Shown here: positions 11,701 to 64,000 of the stretch, piece by piece
How the letters are laid out: each line of letters begins with the position of its first letter
How positions within the stretch are numbered: position 1 is the first letter of the stretch
Origin: Lingula anatina
Lineage: Eukaryota; Animalia; Brachiopoda
Direction: 5' to 3'
Assembly (NCBI GenBank): GCA_051362555.1
Contig: CM120649.1
Span: forward strand, 16,630,567 to 16,694,566
Length of the DNA: 64,000 nucleotides
The notes under the pieces: generated by a model
The model's input: the letters and a program-made list of their open reading frames with translations, nothing else
What the model was told of the DNA's origin: nothing
The model's database searches: none
Made by a program: the position numbers and the translations under genes

Positions 11701-13272
11701 TATATAAAGGCATAAATAAAAGAGGAATGATTAATTAAATATCTTTTTAAAAAATGTCTATATGATTATATTGTGTAATAATTGTACCACACCTGCGCAC
11801 ATAGCACCATACGCGCATGACTGGGGTGGCCTCAGTAAACAGCATGTAATCTTGCGCATCAAATTAACCGTACTTCGCATCGTTCAATTTTCATGGGGTT
11901 TGTTCCATTATATTGCAAATGTTTTGCACTATTTAATGCTATAAATTACAAAAACAATGATGCAGTCCTAATCTGAAAAAAAAAAAAAAAAAAAAAAACA
12001 TATCGTCGAGGTTTAGCCTTTGATTGACAGCTTACTAAGTCAATGGGTTGTACTGGTTTGTCTACACAGCGCTAAAAAAGAGATTTCAAAAAGGATGTCA
12101 TTCGCCACCTGTCAGCAGGCCTGTCACAGCTTTGCACTTCACTGCCGCTGGACAGTTTCTACTGTGGCGCCCCTAGCGGATTGTGATATACCTACCAAAA
12201 TGTACTCGCCTATGTTAATTACTGATTTCGAATGAAAAACTCGCACATGTCACCGATTGATTCCACAGCAATGTTTAATATACGTTTAATAATAAAAACC
12301 TACCTCGGACGTTTCCCCTTGGAAAAAGATACTCTGATTCCTTCAGCCATTTTTACACTTTTGGTGAACGTTCCAGGTGCGTTCTGTCAAGCTCCCTCAA
12401 TTATGGAGTGGTGGGACGTTTCTGGTCAGAAAGCGTGTCACAGGTGGTTTTGTCTCGCAGAGGTCAGGAATAGAAATAATACGTCCTTCAGTTTTTATTA
12501 CGCAACACCTGCACACAAACAACAGCAATGCTTGATAAGTATCTAATATCTTTGCAACCTCACGGGTCACCCGTCAACAAAACGGGCTTCTTGAATTTCA
12601 CTGCCATATTAACCCTAAACTCGATTAAAGCGTACATCGCAATGGTCAAATACCATATCACTTGACGTGTATGGACAGATAATAGGCCTACTTCTTGTCC
12701 GTTGTTCTAGGTCATACAGCAAAAAGTGTGAAATAATAAAACCTAGCGATAAATGCCTAAACACTTCGTGCATCAGCGAGAGGTGCTCAAGGCATATGTC
12801 GTGAGAAGATGGCTGTGTAATTGTAAATTGACATTCATACCGAGAGAAAGTACTTGCATTTTACCGAAAAACTTCCCTCAAACCAAAATAAAGAGTATAT
12901 ATCAGTAAGGCTATATAACTATAGGTTTGTATTTACAATTATAAAGTACAGAAAAGAACACCCAGTCATAGCTGGTTTATATCTCTAATATCTCACACAG
13001 GGAAGTGGATGAATTTATGGTAATGGGTATTGTTTTTTTTGCTTTTTTTTTCAGGGTATTACATACATGTGACACGTGTGAGCCGTTCAAGCTTTAAATC
13101 TGGAGAGGATGACACTGAATTATTTCGCATACAATCCAAGAGACAATATATATTCTCAATTCCCGTAAAACACCCCTTAAACCGAATAAAGCGTTCCAAT
13201 AACCAGCTCTAGACATGTTATATAGAATAAACCTCTCCGCGTTCGACGGCCAACTCCTGCCGTGCTTACGTA

Positions 13273-13388
13273 GGGGAGACCTGGGCTAGTTGGACCCCGG
13301 GGTAAGTTGGCCCCCCATCAACTTATAACAAAGTAACTATGGGTACAAGAATTGACCACCCCGGGGTCCAACTAGCCCCTGTATCCCC
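13273..13388. mobile_element. Small TA-flanked MITE (Tc1/mariner/pogo-like)
   Basis: TA|GGGGAGACCTGGGCTAGTTGGACCCCGGGG ... CCCCGGGGTCCAACTAGCCCCTGTATCCCC|TA. Confidence 0.7.
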
Positions 13389-14679
13389 TAATATATTTAC
13401 AGATGTCAACGGGTTTTCATCTTTTTGAAAAATAATTGTTGTGAAAGGTCAGCTTACATGGACAGCATTCATTCAACCGCTAACACTGATGTCGTTTGGT
13501 CGGTCCGAGTCCGATGTGACGCACCTTCAAATACAGGGACGATGCTGGACAAAGGTACTATGGCGATATTTATTACCGTTGTGTATGGAGATAATTACAT
13601 GTTTATGAACTTCAAAAGACTTGTTCTTTTTTTGGGTCCAAACGCCGGTGGGTGGACCGTTTAACACAACAATGGACACTGGTACGGCCTTCTCCACAAA
13701 TATACAGAAATTTAGACTGAGGAGAAACCCGCTACAAAATACACTTCTTAGCAATGTAACTAGTTTTATCATTTTTTTGATAAACTTGTGAATTGTTTTG
13801 CCTTCACCATGTTTACAAATTCAGCAACTCACGAATAAGATTAGTTTGCACGGTGGTCAATAAATGAAGCTGTGTCTCTTTCTTCAGATAAGGCCTATGC
13901 TCAGATTAAAATGGGACTTCCAAATGTCAAAATGGCCGCCAATGGCATAAGATTACATCACTTTTATCACGAGATTAAAAGGCAAGAGCAACAACCCTCA
14001 TTTCAACGAAAGTTTGGATGATAACAATATATAAATGGTGCCAGACGTGTAACAATATACAGAATTCAAATGAAAGGGATCACAAAAGTTGAAAGGATTA
14101 TTGTCCGGCTGGGGGTAAATTCTCGAACAATCACATGGACCCAAGCAACATACTGATAGCAATTTCGAGTGGACAATTCTATCCTCTGGATAAGCCGATT
14201 TATCCTCTGGATAGCACTATCCATTATTGTCGACTTGATGAAACACTGATATTCTCCGGATATGCTACCATTTTAACCACTTGACAGCGCTATCCAGCCT
14301 TGAATAATATTATTGCGTCCTAGTTAGACCCACTTTGCGCAATCACGAGTAGGCTACGTCAATGACGGTGTGACAGGAATGGAAGTCCTAGGAATGGAAG
14401 TCCAGACTCCCATATAATTAGTACAGGTTAGGGTTAGTTGGAGTTTTGGCGTTAGTACCTGTATATGGGACAAATGTCACCTGTACTAAGTAATGGGGAA
14501 CGGTCTACGGTATTATTTCGCGGCAGCATAAAATGTTGACTGTCAGATAAATCTAAGCTTATTCATTCAAGCTTATTCACAAACTCACCAGTTGGCCGTT
14601 TAAATGGTGTTTTAGACCGGATAGGCTACACGCAGGAGCTATTTTTCTTTTAATAAAAAATTAAATAAAAACAGCATTA

Positions 14680-16780
14680 TCAATGGAGCTTTATATTAAA
14701 TATTTATTTATATTCATTGATAGTTACAAGTACCAGTTCAGAAATGCCTGTACATTTTTAAGCATATTTTACCAAATACATATCCTTTACATTTAACATA
14801 TGACCTCAGACGAAGAAAAAGCAAAATGTTGCAAATGAAGATCTTGCTTAATGGTGTTCCATTAAAAAAATGGTAAAAAATTCAGTGCGAAAGCTGTAAG
14901 CAAATTGTTTTCCTGGACGTCTTGAACCATCCAAGGGACCGTCACCTTCACCAAACTAATGACCTCGACTGTGAAATATAAATACTAACGTGAGATGGCG
15001 CTGACCTGACAAGAGAAGCCGAAGAACGAATTTCTATTCATGCTGTCAGAAACTTAATGCAACAGATGGAAGAGACAATTAATTTTATGTTCTGAATTTT
15101 CCTGCTTCAAAAACTTGCCAAAACCAAAAATAAAATGCATTTTGCACACCATTTTGTCACATGTTTTGCAAATTTTCCCAAAAAATGTTAGCAAATTTGC
15201 TGTAACAAGCTATGGTTCATACCCAGTGCACATCTGTTTATGACAACCTTATAACCTGCAGATACAAAATATGTAGCTTACCAGGACAACAAGTTATATC
15301 TAAACTTAAAGTACACGTTATATGAATGAAGTAACAAACCTATAATGAAATTGTAAATATTTGGCAACTAATTACATTGTGGTAAGAGATCAATTAAATT
15401 TGCCCATTGTTGAAGATAATGTGCTTGAACCAAAACACTCTATGACTACTGGCACATTTACACAGACTCTTAAAATCTTGACATTACATATCAGATATAA
15501 AGCTATAATCTATACATAAAACTGGAAAATAGTTCAATCTCATTCATTTAAACATTTTCAGCACCAAAAGCATCTTCACATGGCCATCTTTCTATACGGG
15601 TTGTTGAATTCAAAGCCAACAAGACTCCTGACACTCAGTTGCATATTAAATGTCCTAGACAGTGACATACATTTCACCTTGCTGTAGAAACATCCATAAT
15701 GAAATAACGATACAATGTATCATTACATTATAATTGTGGTCAGCTTTGACACCGACTATGATACAATGTTGCAGCTAAATATTGTTGTGACACTTCACTG
15801 GGTTCTGATGAGATTCAGTTACAATTGGTATTCACATTTCACCCACCTACTACTTTATGCAGTCCCTTAACCCTGTCTTAATGAAGAGAGGATGGTTTGA
15901 ACATCTGATTTGCACCTTTGCTTATCACTTCACTCCTCTGGGAAGCAATGTACAGCCCAAGTGTACACTACATCAGGTACTCAGCATTTACACAAATTTC
16001 TTTTTTTTCTGAGAAAGAATCAGCTTTCCAAATATAAAACCTTTTCATAATGAGCAGTTTTCAGACACAACAACTTCACTCAGTTTTCAGAATTTCAAAA
16101 CCAATCACATCCAAACAGGATACAATGTGGAGGACCTGAAAGAGCTCCATGGCATCATTTCCAACCAATCAAAAGAGAGGTGGATTGAGGGGGCAATCTT
16201 CAGACATGATAAACGTAATGGCAGTGGAGACATTGTCTTATCAATAAGCACTGGTTACTGTGCACCTTTACTGTCATGACCACTAAACAAATAAACATTT
16301 GAATCTCTTTATTTGGTGGAATGAGTAATTGGTGTCTTGCATCACCCTGTCACAGGCTACTGTGAAATGGGCACTTCACAGAATATTCTTTTGGCCTAAG
16401 AAATGTCACCCAGAGAAAATCTCCCTTGACCAAATAAATAAGATGTAAATCCCTATTCTTTTGCTGAATACAAGTAAGCTATTTGCACTTAATATACTCA
16501 GGGCCCTTATGTCCATTAAATCTTCCAAATGTCATTTTCTTTCTTGGAAATGTTAATAAAAAGTAACCATTCTGTCTCTTTGTTGGTGTTGCTTTGCTGA
16601 GCAATGATGGTGGAGTTAGAAATAAACTCTCTTCTTCGCCAAACACAATGAATGCTTTTTTTTGGAAACCCTGTCTGTGTCTAGTGATCAGAGTCTCCAA
16701 GATTTATCTTCTGGACCAAGTTAAGCAGTTCGTTGTATTTTCCTCAGTTAAATTCTGTTGAGTCATTCTGAAGTTTTTTT
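14680..16780 (-). other. Probable ~2.1 kb 3' UTR of MAP4K4
   Basis: Repeat-free, U-rich on the minus strand; AATAAA on minus (TTTATT on plus) near 14703; the exact end is inferred. Confidence 0.5.
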
Positions 16781-56086
<39,306 letters not shown>

Positions 56087-57631
56087 CTAAAAAATATAAA
56101 TCATGCAATTATTTCAACAACTTGACAGGTATCCTAGACCACATTCACAATATCAGACAAATAGATCCACGAACCGGATATGGCGACCTACTTTAAAGCT
56201 TCCTGCATAATCCCCTAATAGACAGTGAGTAGATTCCCCCACGGGATTACGTGACACGCATTTAAAGGGGCGGCCATATTTGATCCACAGATTGGTTAGA
56301 CTGATGTGGTGAATGCAGCCTTATATATACATTATTTACCATACAGACACTTAAAACAACCTTAATGGGGAAAAGTGAAAATATTAGGATGTCTTCATTT
56401 AAAAGCTATTATGAATGATTCATTTAACTGTAGTGGATGAATTTACTAGTACATGTATATATAACCACTTGGTGAAAAGATGGCTGAATAAGTTTTTTCC
56501 TTGGTATTTTAAAGAGATTGTACTTATTAAAATGTTATTACAGAGCTATATCAGAAAAAGTATTTTGTCTTTCTAATACTTCATTACTACTGAGCAGCTA
56601 ACTTGATCACATTTAATATATCCAGTCTGGCATTTATTGGTTGAATTTCAATTGCAAAAGCAACAAAACAAAACAAACAAACAGCAACTGATGTACTTGT
56701 AAAAAAAAGTTCCATACTTTTATTGTTGATGGCTTTAAAAATGCAATTACATTCTATTAAAATAACAAACATGAATGTACATCTCATATTAAAAAGATTA
56801 TCTTGTTGGTATCAACTTCAACATTGCAATTAGCATTAATTTCAACACCAGTGTGAAACTCCTATGCAACAACACGCTAATGACTTGACCTACCATCATG
56901 TGTTACTTATAGTTATGTCTCAATATGGATATATAACAATTTAATGAGATGTGTTTAGATGCTTCTCTTTTCTTTTTTTTTTTGTATCAAGGTAAATAGT
57001 CCTCAGCATTAAACATAAATGGTAGTGTACTATTTAGGTGAGAGGGAGAAAGAATACTGGAGAAATACTTAGAATATAGCATTTTGAATAAATTGATAGA
57101 TTAATACTTATATTGGACTTTAAGATAAAGTGTTGAAATAGCAATTAAAGACCAAAAACTTGAATTTGTTTTATTATATACACACTGTTAGCTTGCATCT
57201 TATGCTGTTTTACTGTTTAAACTTACATTTGAATTGATCACCACAGCATGAGTACATATGAAGTAGAAAGGGCAACATTTGTTTTCTTATACTATGGGGA
57301 AAATGAGGTTCAAGCAGACGGAATCAAACAATCATTTTGCCGCGCATTATGCAACTATGGTGCAAAAAATCGAAAATTAACAACAACACAATCTGAATGC
57401 CTTAAACACATTCAGCTGGTTCAAGGCCTTACTTTTCCTTATTCTGATTTTTTTAAAGCTAACTTCCTTGTTTTCTTAGCAAAGATCAAGTCCACTAGTA
57501 AATCAAGTGCCAGGTATGTAAAGCCTGCAAAGTAGCAGTGTAAACGTTATCTATATATATGATAGAGGTAACAGCTCAACAGTTCTCATGTGTGGCCATT
57601 AGCATTATGATAAATGAACCACAATGAATAT

Positions 57632-57782
57632 CAGGCCCGTAGCCAGCAATTTCAAAAGGGGGGTTCATTTTCTGAAAAAGTGGACCTTTTTCCATATAAA
57701 CATCATGTACCTAGATCAAATTTTACCCAGGAAAAGGGGCGGTTCTTTCAAACCCCCCGAACCCCCCCTGGCTACGGGCCTG
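57632..57782 (+). mobile_element. hAT-like MITE family B copy, 5-bp duplication AATAT
   Basis: TIRs and direct flanking repeats. Confidence 0.8.
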
Positions 57783-59839
57783 AATATTAAATCATCATCA
57801 TTACTATAAGTGTGTGTGTGTGTGTCTGTGAAGAAGGCGTGCACTTGAAGGTGCCCTAAAATATCAGTTTTTTTTTTCGACACCAGTCTCATGTCCATAA
57901 AACCTACAGATCCTCATACTCTCATACTAGTATATGTTAAAGAAGCCACAGCTGTTCTCAGCAATGCCAAGAAGACCCTTGGTGGATAAAACTACGAATA
58001 ACGTCATTAAAGACTAAGACAGGTTCAACTCAACATATGGTGTAATGCGAACATTAATACAATATATATATATAAAGAAACAAGTCTGTCTCGCTGGCTG
58101 GTGAGAGTGTGACTAGAATGCACTGGCAGTCAGCAAACACCTGAGCTAATAACAAAACAGGTTAAACTGCGCGTAGCATTGTGCTCCTAGCTGAGAAAAG
58201 AAAACATTACTGTCTCTTTATATGTGATCAAATGGACCCAAGACCCTTACTAGTTAGCTACACACATGAGTTTTTAGAATAAAATCAATAAATTAGAAAA
58301 TAAATAAATAAATAAATAGATATCTAAAGTTCACAAAGTATACAATAATCAATATAACAAAGAGTTCAAATATATCTATGACTACATGTTGAGAGACCGA
58401 ATATATCTTCCACTTTTAAGTTTTTTTTTTTTTTTAAATAGAAATACAATACACAGGTGCAGCTCTGTTTTGGCATGCCCCAGTGACACCATAATGGCCC
58501 TACAGTGTGCTCTGGTACAGCAAGGTTTGGCCTACATAAAGAGACATGAATACTGTGAATAACACACATATCAGACAGTTAACATGTTGTAAATAATGTC
58601 GCGTCAAGCTCTCCTCATAAATATATTACTAAGACTAATGGGACTACGAGTATATTTTTATGTGTCATTCATTATCAACATGTTTATATCTTATGGTGCT
58701 TCCTCAATTCAAGGTGCTAGGCTTGGCTTACATTTACTATTAAACGAGATCACATTTCGCACGGCTTAATGTCATAATACACAATATAATGCTCCAACGA
58801 CTGCTTTAATGTACAAATGATAATGCGTCATAACACATCTAGTTTCGATTGTTCTGCCATGCATAAAATCCACATTACGACAAAACCTGCACCCAAAGCT
58901 ACAGGACACGAGCACCATGGTTATGACACTTTAAGGGCTCGTTCCCAATGAAATATCATTCTAGGGTTCTGAGGGGAGTCTCCCAGAATGCAATCAGATT
59001 AGAAAATTAACACAGATTTCCAGGTGTTGACTAGAATACAGAAAAGCAGGTGAACTAGTATGTTGGAAACAAGAGACTTGTTAATCTGATTTCATTCAGT
59101 GAGAGTCCCTGCAGAGTTGGATTGTTCTACATAGAACAATAATGTCATTGGGAATAAGCCCTTAAAATGAGCCCTTGAAGGTACATTTTTTGCTTAACTT
59201 AGTACCGCTGTGTCCCAGCAGGCTGCGTACTTACAATATGCATTCACTATTAAATTAAGTGAACTAAAAACCTGTGCATTCGAAGGTACAAATTAAAGAT
59301 AAGCCCATTTCAACATTTAGTGTCCAGTACAGTTTACTGTATTATACAGATGGACTGGTCTTAACATGTTATCTCATAGCAAGAGGGTGGGGGTGGGAGA
59401 GGGGGGGGGGGGGGGGGGGGGCTCCATTTAACAAGTTCACTACCTACTGTTTGGAGGCCCCAGTGTGCAAATACATTTTTGTTTTAAAACAACCTGGTTA
59501 ACTGACCGTTTTATTTAACTGACAAGCTATGAAGTTCTTTATATACAATACTCAAATTTTAATACTTTTGGCTAAACCCAGAAGACTTTTGCCTCCACTA
59601 AAGCTATAAAAAACTTAAAAGCTAAACTTCTTTAGTTTGTGAAATAGGCTAAAAATGTAGCACTCTCTATCAAGTAAAGCCAGAACATCTTGAATGGGAA
59701 TGCGCCCACTGAAGGGTGTGTTGTTGACTGTAACATGTCATTTAGCCTGCCACTAATGATATGTTAGATGAATGGAGATGGTACATAGGTCAGGCACACC
59801 AACAGGCTGCAGGTATGCTGTACACGCAACACTGTCCAC

Positions 59840-60095
59840 GGGTCACTGTACATCACTGTACTTTATATGGGACACAACATGGGGCACATTACATGTGTAA
59901 CTGTGTATTGGTCACTTTTCCAGGGTTACTGTCACTGTACATGAGACACTACATGGGACAGGGGGCAAAAAATACTGTGCATGGGATACTGTACATGATA
60001 CACTGGACACTATATATGGGACAAAAGGCACTGCAAGGGTAACTGTACATGGGATACTGTATGCGGGACACTGTATACGGGACAGGGGGCAAGGG
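59840..60095. repeat. Degenerate ~14-bp minisatellite (GGGACACTGTACAT)
   Basis: Recurring ACTGTACATGGGA. Confidence 0.7.
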
Positions 60096-60198
60096 ACTGG
60101 TCAACAACGTGGTGACTTGAATGGAATGCTAGCTGACTTTTCAAGGATATTCCCCTCCTCTTACAATCCTAGCCATTCCCTCTTCTATTCATCTGTTT

Positions 60199-60199
<1 letters not shown>

Positions 60200-60249
<50 letters not shown>

Positions 60250-60605
60250 AGGGATGGAAAATGTGTGCTAGTGTGTGTACACACTTGCAGAGTATGCAGG
60301 AAGTCTACATGGCACTGAAAAAGAAGCAAGAAAGGCAAATCCTGTTCCATATAGCAGAGATGAGTCAGACCAGACCAGAGAGGCAGGCTGTGCATTACTT
60401 TATATGATATGTCAGGCATGGACCTTACCACTGCTTCAATGGGCTTGGGTTTAGTATTTATATACTAGAGCTCTATGTACTTGCAATCAGCTGGATGGTA
60501 TGCGTGCATTTGTACCTGGTGTGTCATACAACTTAGAGAAATCAATGCACCACACCTGATGCCTTGTGCACTTATGGGGGCTTGAAAAGGTGTATGCTCC
60601 CGCTC

Positions 60606-60668
<63 letters not shown>

Positions 60669-60705
60669 TGAACACAAGAACACACATACACATATATATA
60701 ATACC

Positions 60706-60747
<42 letters not shown>

Positions 60748-60748
60748 T
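60200..60748. repeat. Opposed (GA)n and (CT)n microsatellite tracts
   Basis: GA tract 60200-60250; CT tracts 60608-60663 and 60712-60737. Confidence 0.85.
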
Positions 60749-63700
60749 CAAACACTGTTTACAAAAACAGGATGTATATATACCGGGTATACCATACAGA
60801 TAAGATGAGTCACCACCAACAGACATGATGCTATGTTGGCGCACAGAGGCAGCAGCATATGCTCAGTTTACTACTCACTGTGGAAGTAGTCTATTTGAAA
60901 TACCAAGTAAAATAGAGAGACCAAGTTTTTCAAGGGTGGATGGGTGGGCGGGCGGGGGTGTCTATGTGATCACGCAAAAAGCATATTGTGCAAGGGGAAG
61001 AAAGGTCCATTTGATATATTTATTTTTATACAGAGACCATGTTGTGCAAGGGGTAGGGGGGGGGGGGGGGGAGCAGAATTGAGGTCTACCAAATAATGGT
61101 AAGACCATAAATGTTGTACAATTTGGAGGGGGGGGGGGGGGGGGGGGAGAAAAGGGAAGTCCACCAGATTATAGAAAGACCATGTGATGCAACTGTGCAG
61201 ATTCTTAATGAGGGCTTCTCGGTTCATTGAGTAGAAATAAGTTCACCCGAGGCCTTATCCATCCTCGCGCCGAGGTGATGTCCTCCTAATAGACACCATG
61301 ACACCATGCTGCCAGCGACTTGGCAACAGTCTGGGTCAATCTATAACAGGGATCTTGGCAACAGTACAGGTCAATCTAAAACAGGGATCCTGAAACTGAT
61401 GGCTTCTTGACAATTTCCGTGTGCATGTAGATGAAAATCTATGTTATCTGTTTCTGTCCTCAAGCTACCTCTGTTTGCATTATCAGGTAAAGTTATGATC
61501 TATATTGGTATTGTCCTTAGAATTGACTCTGAGAGCTGTTGTTAGAATCCTTGCTACATTAGGCTATTGACCAGTTCTGCTTGGAATAGCTTGACAAACT
61601 TAGAAAGAAAATAACAGAGAGAGAGAGAAAGAGAGAGAGAGAAAGAGAGAGGGAGGAAGGGAGGGAGGGAGGGAGGGGGAGATGTAATTATAATGTCTTT
61701 CCAAAGCCCAATCACTAATACCATTAAAACCAATTGATGATTAAAGGTCCTTCATTTATTGTTATAGGTATCCAAAAGTATCCCATCTACTTAGGCTGTA
61801 GTATCCCATTGACTCAGGCTATAGTATTTCTACCACAAAAATGTTTCAAACTTTCAGTCAAGCGACAATATGTGACTGTTTTCAGGAAAAATGGGTGAAT
61901 ATGCATCCCTGCACATATATGCCCACAAAATTACATATCCTCAACTGTGAACCCAACAAAAATACACATGCTTTAACAATGAGAGCACTGTAAAATGCTA
62001 ACGACATGAAAAACTAAATTTTTCTCCAGACAGTCAGAGGTGATAGGGTCGCGTTTCGAGGCCACAGTCACGGAGAAAGCCAGATTGTAATAACATGCAG
62101 ACCTGTAAAAAAAGCACAATGTACCAAAACATTTTTCTTGGGCTGAAAGGTTAGGGGTGCCTGCTATATATAGAGAACCATGCACTTACAATACAAGATC
62201 TTTCCCTAGCATATAGCATAAAAAGAGGAAACAGAATACACAAAAATTTTTTGTCTATATTCTTTTCTTTCTTTCTTTTTTTAAATTTTTTTTCAGGCAG
62301 TCAAAGGTGAAAGTTTTAACGAGCAGGTGAGACAGGAAGCTAGAGACATAGCAATGCAGACAGGTGAACGCAAGTCAAAGGCCGTCCGAGGTTAAAGGTG
62401 ACCCAGTCTGGGGAGAAATTACTAAGAAGGATGCAAACTGCAGTGCCCTGCACACCTGAAAAAACACGTTCGATTTGACTCTTCATAAGTTCTGACTGCA
62501 CAATGTATATACACACAAAGCTAGACAAATGTTTAAGGTATGTGTGTAAAGGTCACGCAGGGTGATTTCGCACAGACAGAAATAAAACATGTCCTGAATT
62601 TTTCCACTGGACTTCATCAGTTGTGTTCAGTCAGATGTCAGATCAGCAGTGGGCCACCTGAATGAATGAAGTCATGCTTGGGTAAAAGCTGTTTTGATGT
62701 GAATCATTTCAAATATATATAAAACATTCAGAATCAAGGATCAGACAGTTGCAAGCCAAGCAAGAGGTCACCTGAGTTTAATCCCCTACAGTACTTCTAC
62801 TGCTAGTAAGCTACTATTTGATCATTTGAAGACATACAATGGGAAAAAGCAATAGGGAAAAAAAAAAAAAAAAAAACGAAAGCATCTGAACCCATTTAAG
62901 TTCATCTTTGTGTTCACTTGGGTGTCCTTTAACTAGGAATAAAATCTTGCTGCATTACTTTAGGCTGAATTCTATATTTAAATTCTATTACCCCATGCAG
63001 ATATCTAACTTTGAACAGTATTATTTTATGCAGACTTTTATTTTCATTGCACTGCTTCACGTAGATTTCTGTCTTTTAATTAATAGTCTTACTTAATGAA
63101 AAATTCTGCTTTTTTTACGCAAACACGAGAAAAATTGCCTTATCCCAAACCACAGGCGGTATAAAACATTTACAGAAATATAGACTGTTCGATATCTCAA
63201 GGTTCCCTGAGCCAGTCCAGGATCAAACCACCTTGTAATACCCACAGCAGACATATCTAGACATTTTGTATTCAAGTCTGGCACAAGATAAGATGTTGTC
63301 AATCCCACTCTACTGTATCTTATCTATACTAGCACAAGGTTTTTTTTTTTCAATCTCAACACAATAGAGATGATATTTATTAGTTTATGCAGCATAGAAA
63401 GTGAAGCAAACTTTATGATATAAAGAGTCAAACAGGGACTTAAATAAACTTGAATTATTAAATATCAATAAAAAATCAAAAATTGCCGTTTATCTCATGT
63501 TTCCTGCATCAGTGAATACTAGGTTACAATCTTATTGATTTATCTGTGGGTTTATGTTCTTTGATAACTTATGTATCGCTTTGCTTACATTTTTATGTTC
63601 AGAGCAAATAATCTCCACAAATCCTGTGTTCCAAAGGGTGGTTTTAATGCCATTTTTAAAACATACCACTTAGTTAGGTGTATCAATCAACATCATTTCA

Positions 63701-64000
63701 AAAGTAATTTCTCTTAAATATTTATAAACCTACTCAGTATCATTTGTTTTTTATCAGTGGGCACATACATCATAGGAGCCAAAAGACCGATTCCATGCAT
63801 CATCTAACAGTACCCAACACATTCCTAATAACAATGCACAAGATATATAGGGAAATATGTAAAAGCAATTTGCCAATTATGTAAATGTTTTAATAACAAT
63901 GAGCTTCCTCAACGGATATCAAAACATTATGGATAAGAAAATGTCAAAATCTAGATGAACCATGAACTTGAATAATTAAATGTCTGATAAACAGACCAGG

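Noticed and set aside
60189-61227. ORFs with ERERER, SLSLSL or polyG/P
   Set aside because: Translations of microsatellites and G tracts
56087-64000. First MAP4K4 exons (GxGTYGQVYK loop)
   Set aside because: Not found by eye; this region reads as intron and those exons probably lie beyond the window

Overview
AT-rich, intron-rich metazoan DNA with many microsatellites and MITEs; probably a lophotrochozoan such as a mollusc (inference from repeat style and protein sequence). Three protein-coding genes were assembled by hand. (1) Minus strand, 305-6313: the 5' half (8 coding exons) of a divergent SLC18A/VMAT-like vesicular MFS transporter, running off the left edge. (2) Minus strand, 16781-56086: a MAP4K4/TNIK/MINK1 (misshapen) orthologue with 28 constitutive-looking exons (kinase, Q-rich linker, CNH domain); its first exons lie beyond the right edge. 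It also has five frame-preserving 15-42 nt candidate cassette exons, two at positions matching vertebrate microexons. (3) Plus strand, 41160-42236: a GT31 beta-1,3-galactosyltransferase-like ORF with a degenerate DxD motif, nested antisense in the 14.7 kb kinase intron. The same intron holds a TIR DNA transposon carrying a deleted Gypsy LTR element, and an unexplained ~5.4 kb non-coding block (34.1-39.5 kb) built of successive zones, each dominated by a different short motif. Also present: a hammerhead-like motif at the tip of a long hairpin, hAT-like MITEs with 5-bp target duplications, a PIF/Zator-like TIR element, SINEs, and tandem repeats seeded at splice sites. All coordinates were counted by eye and no searches were run.
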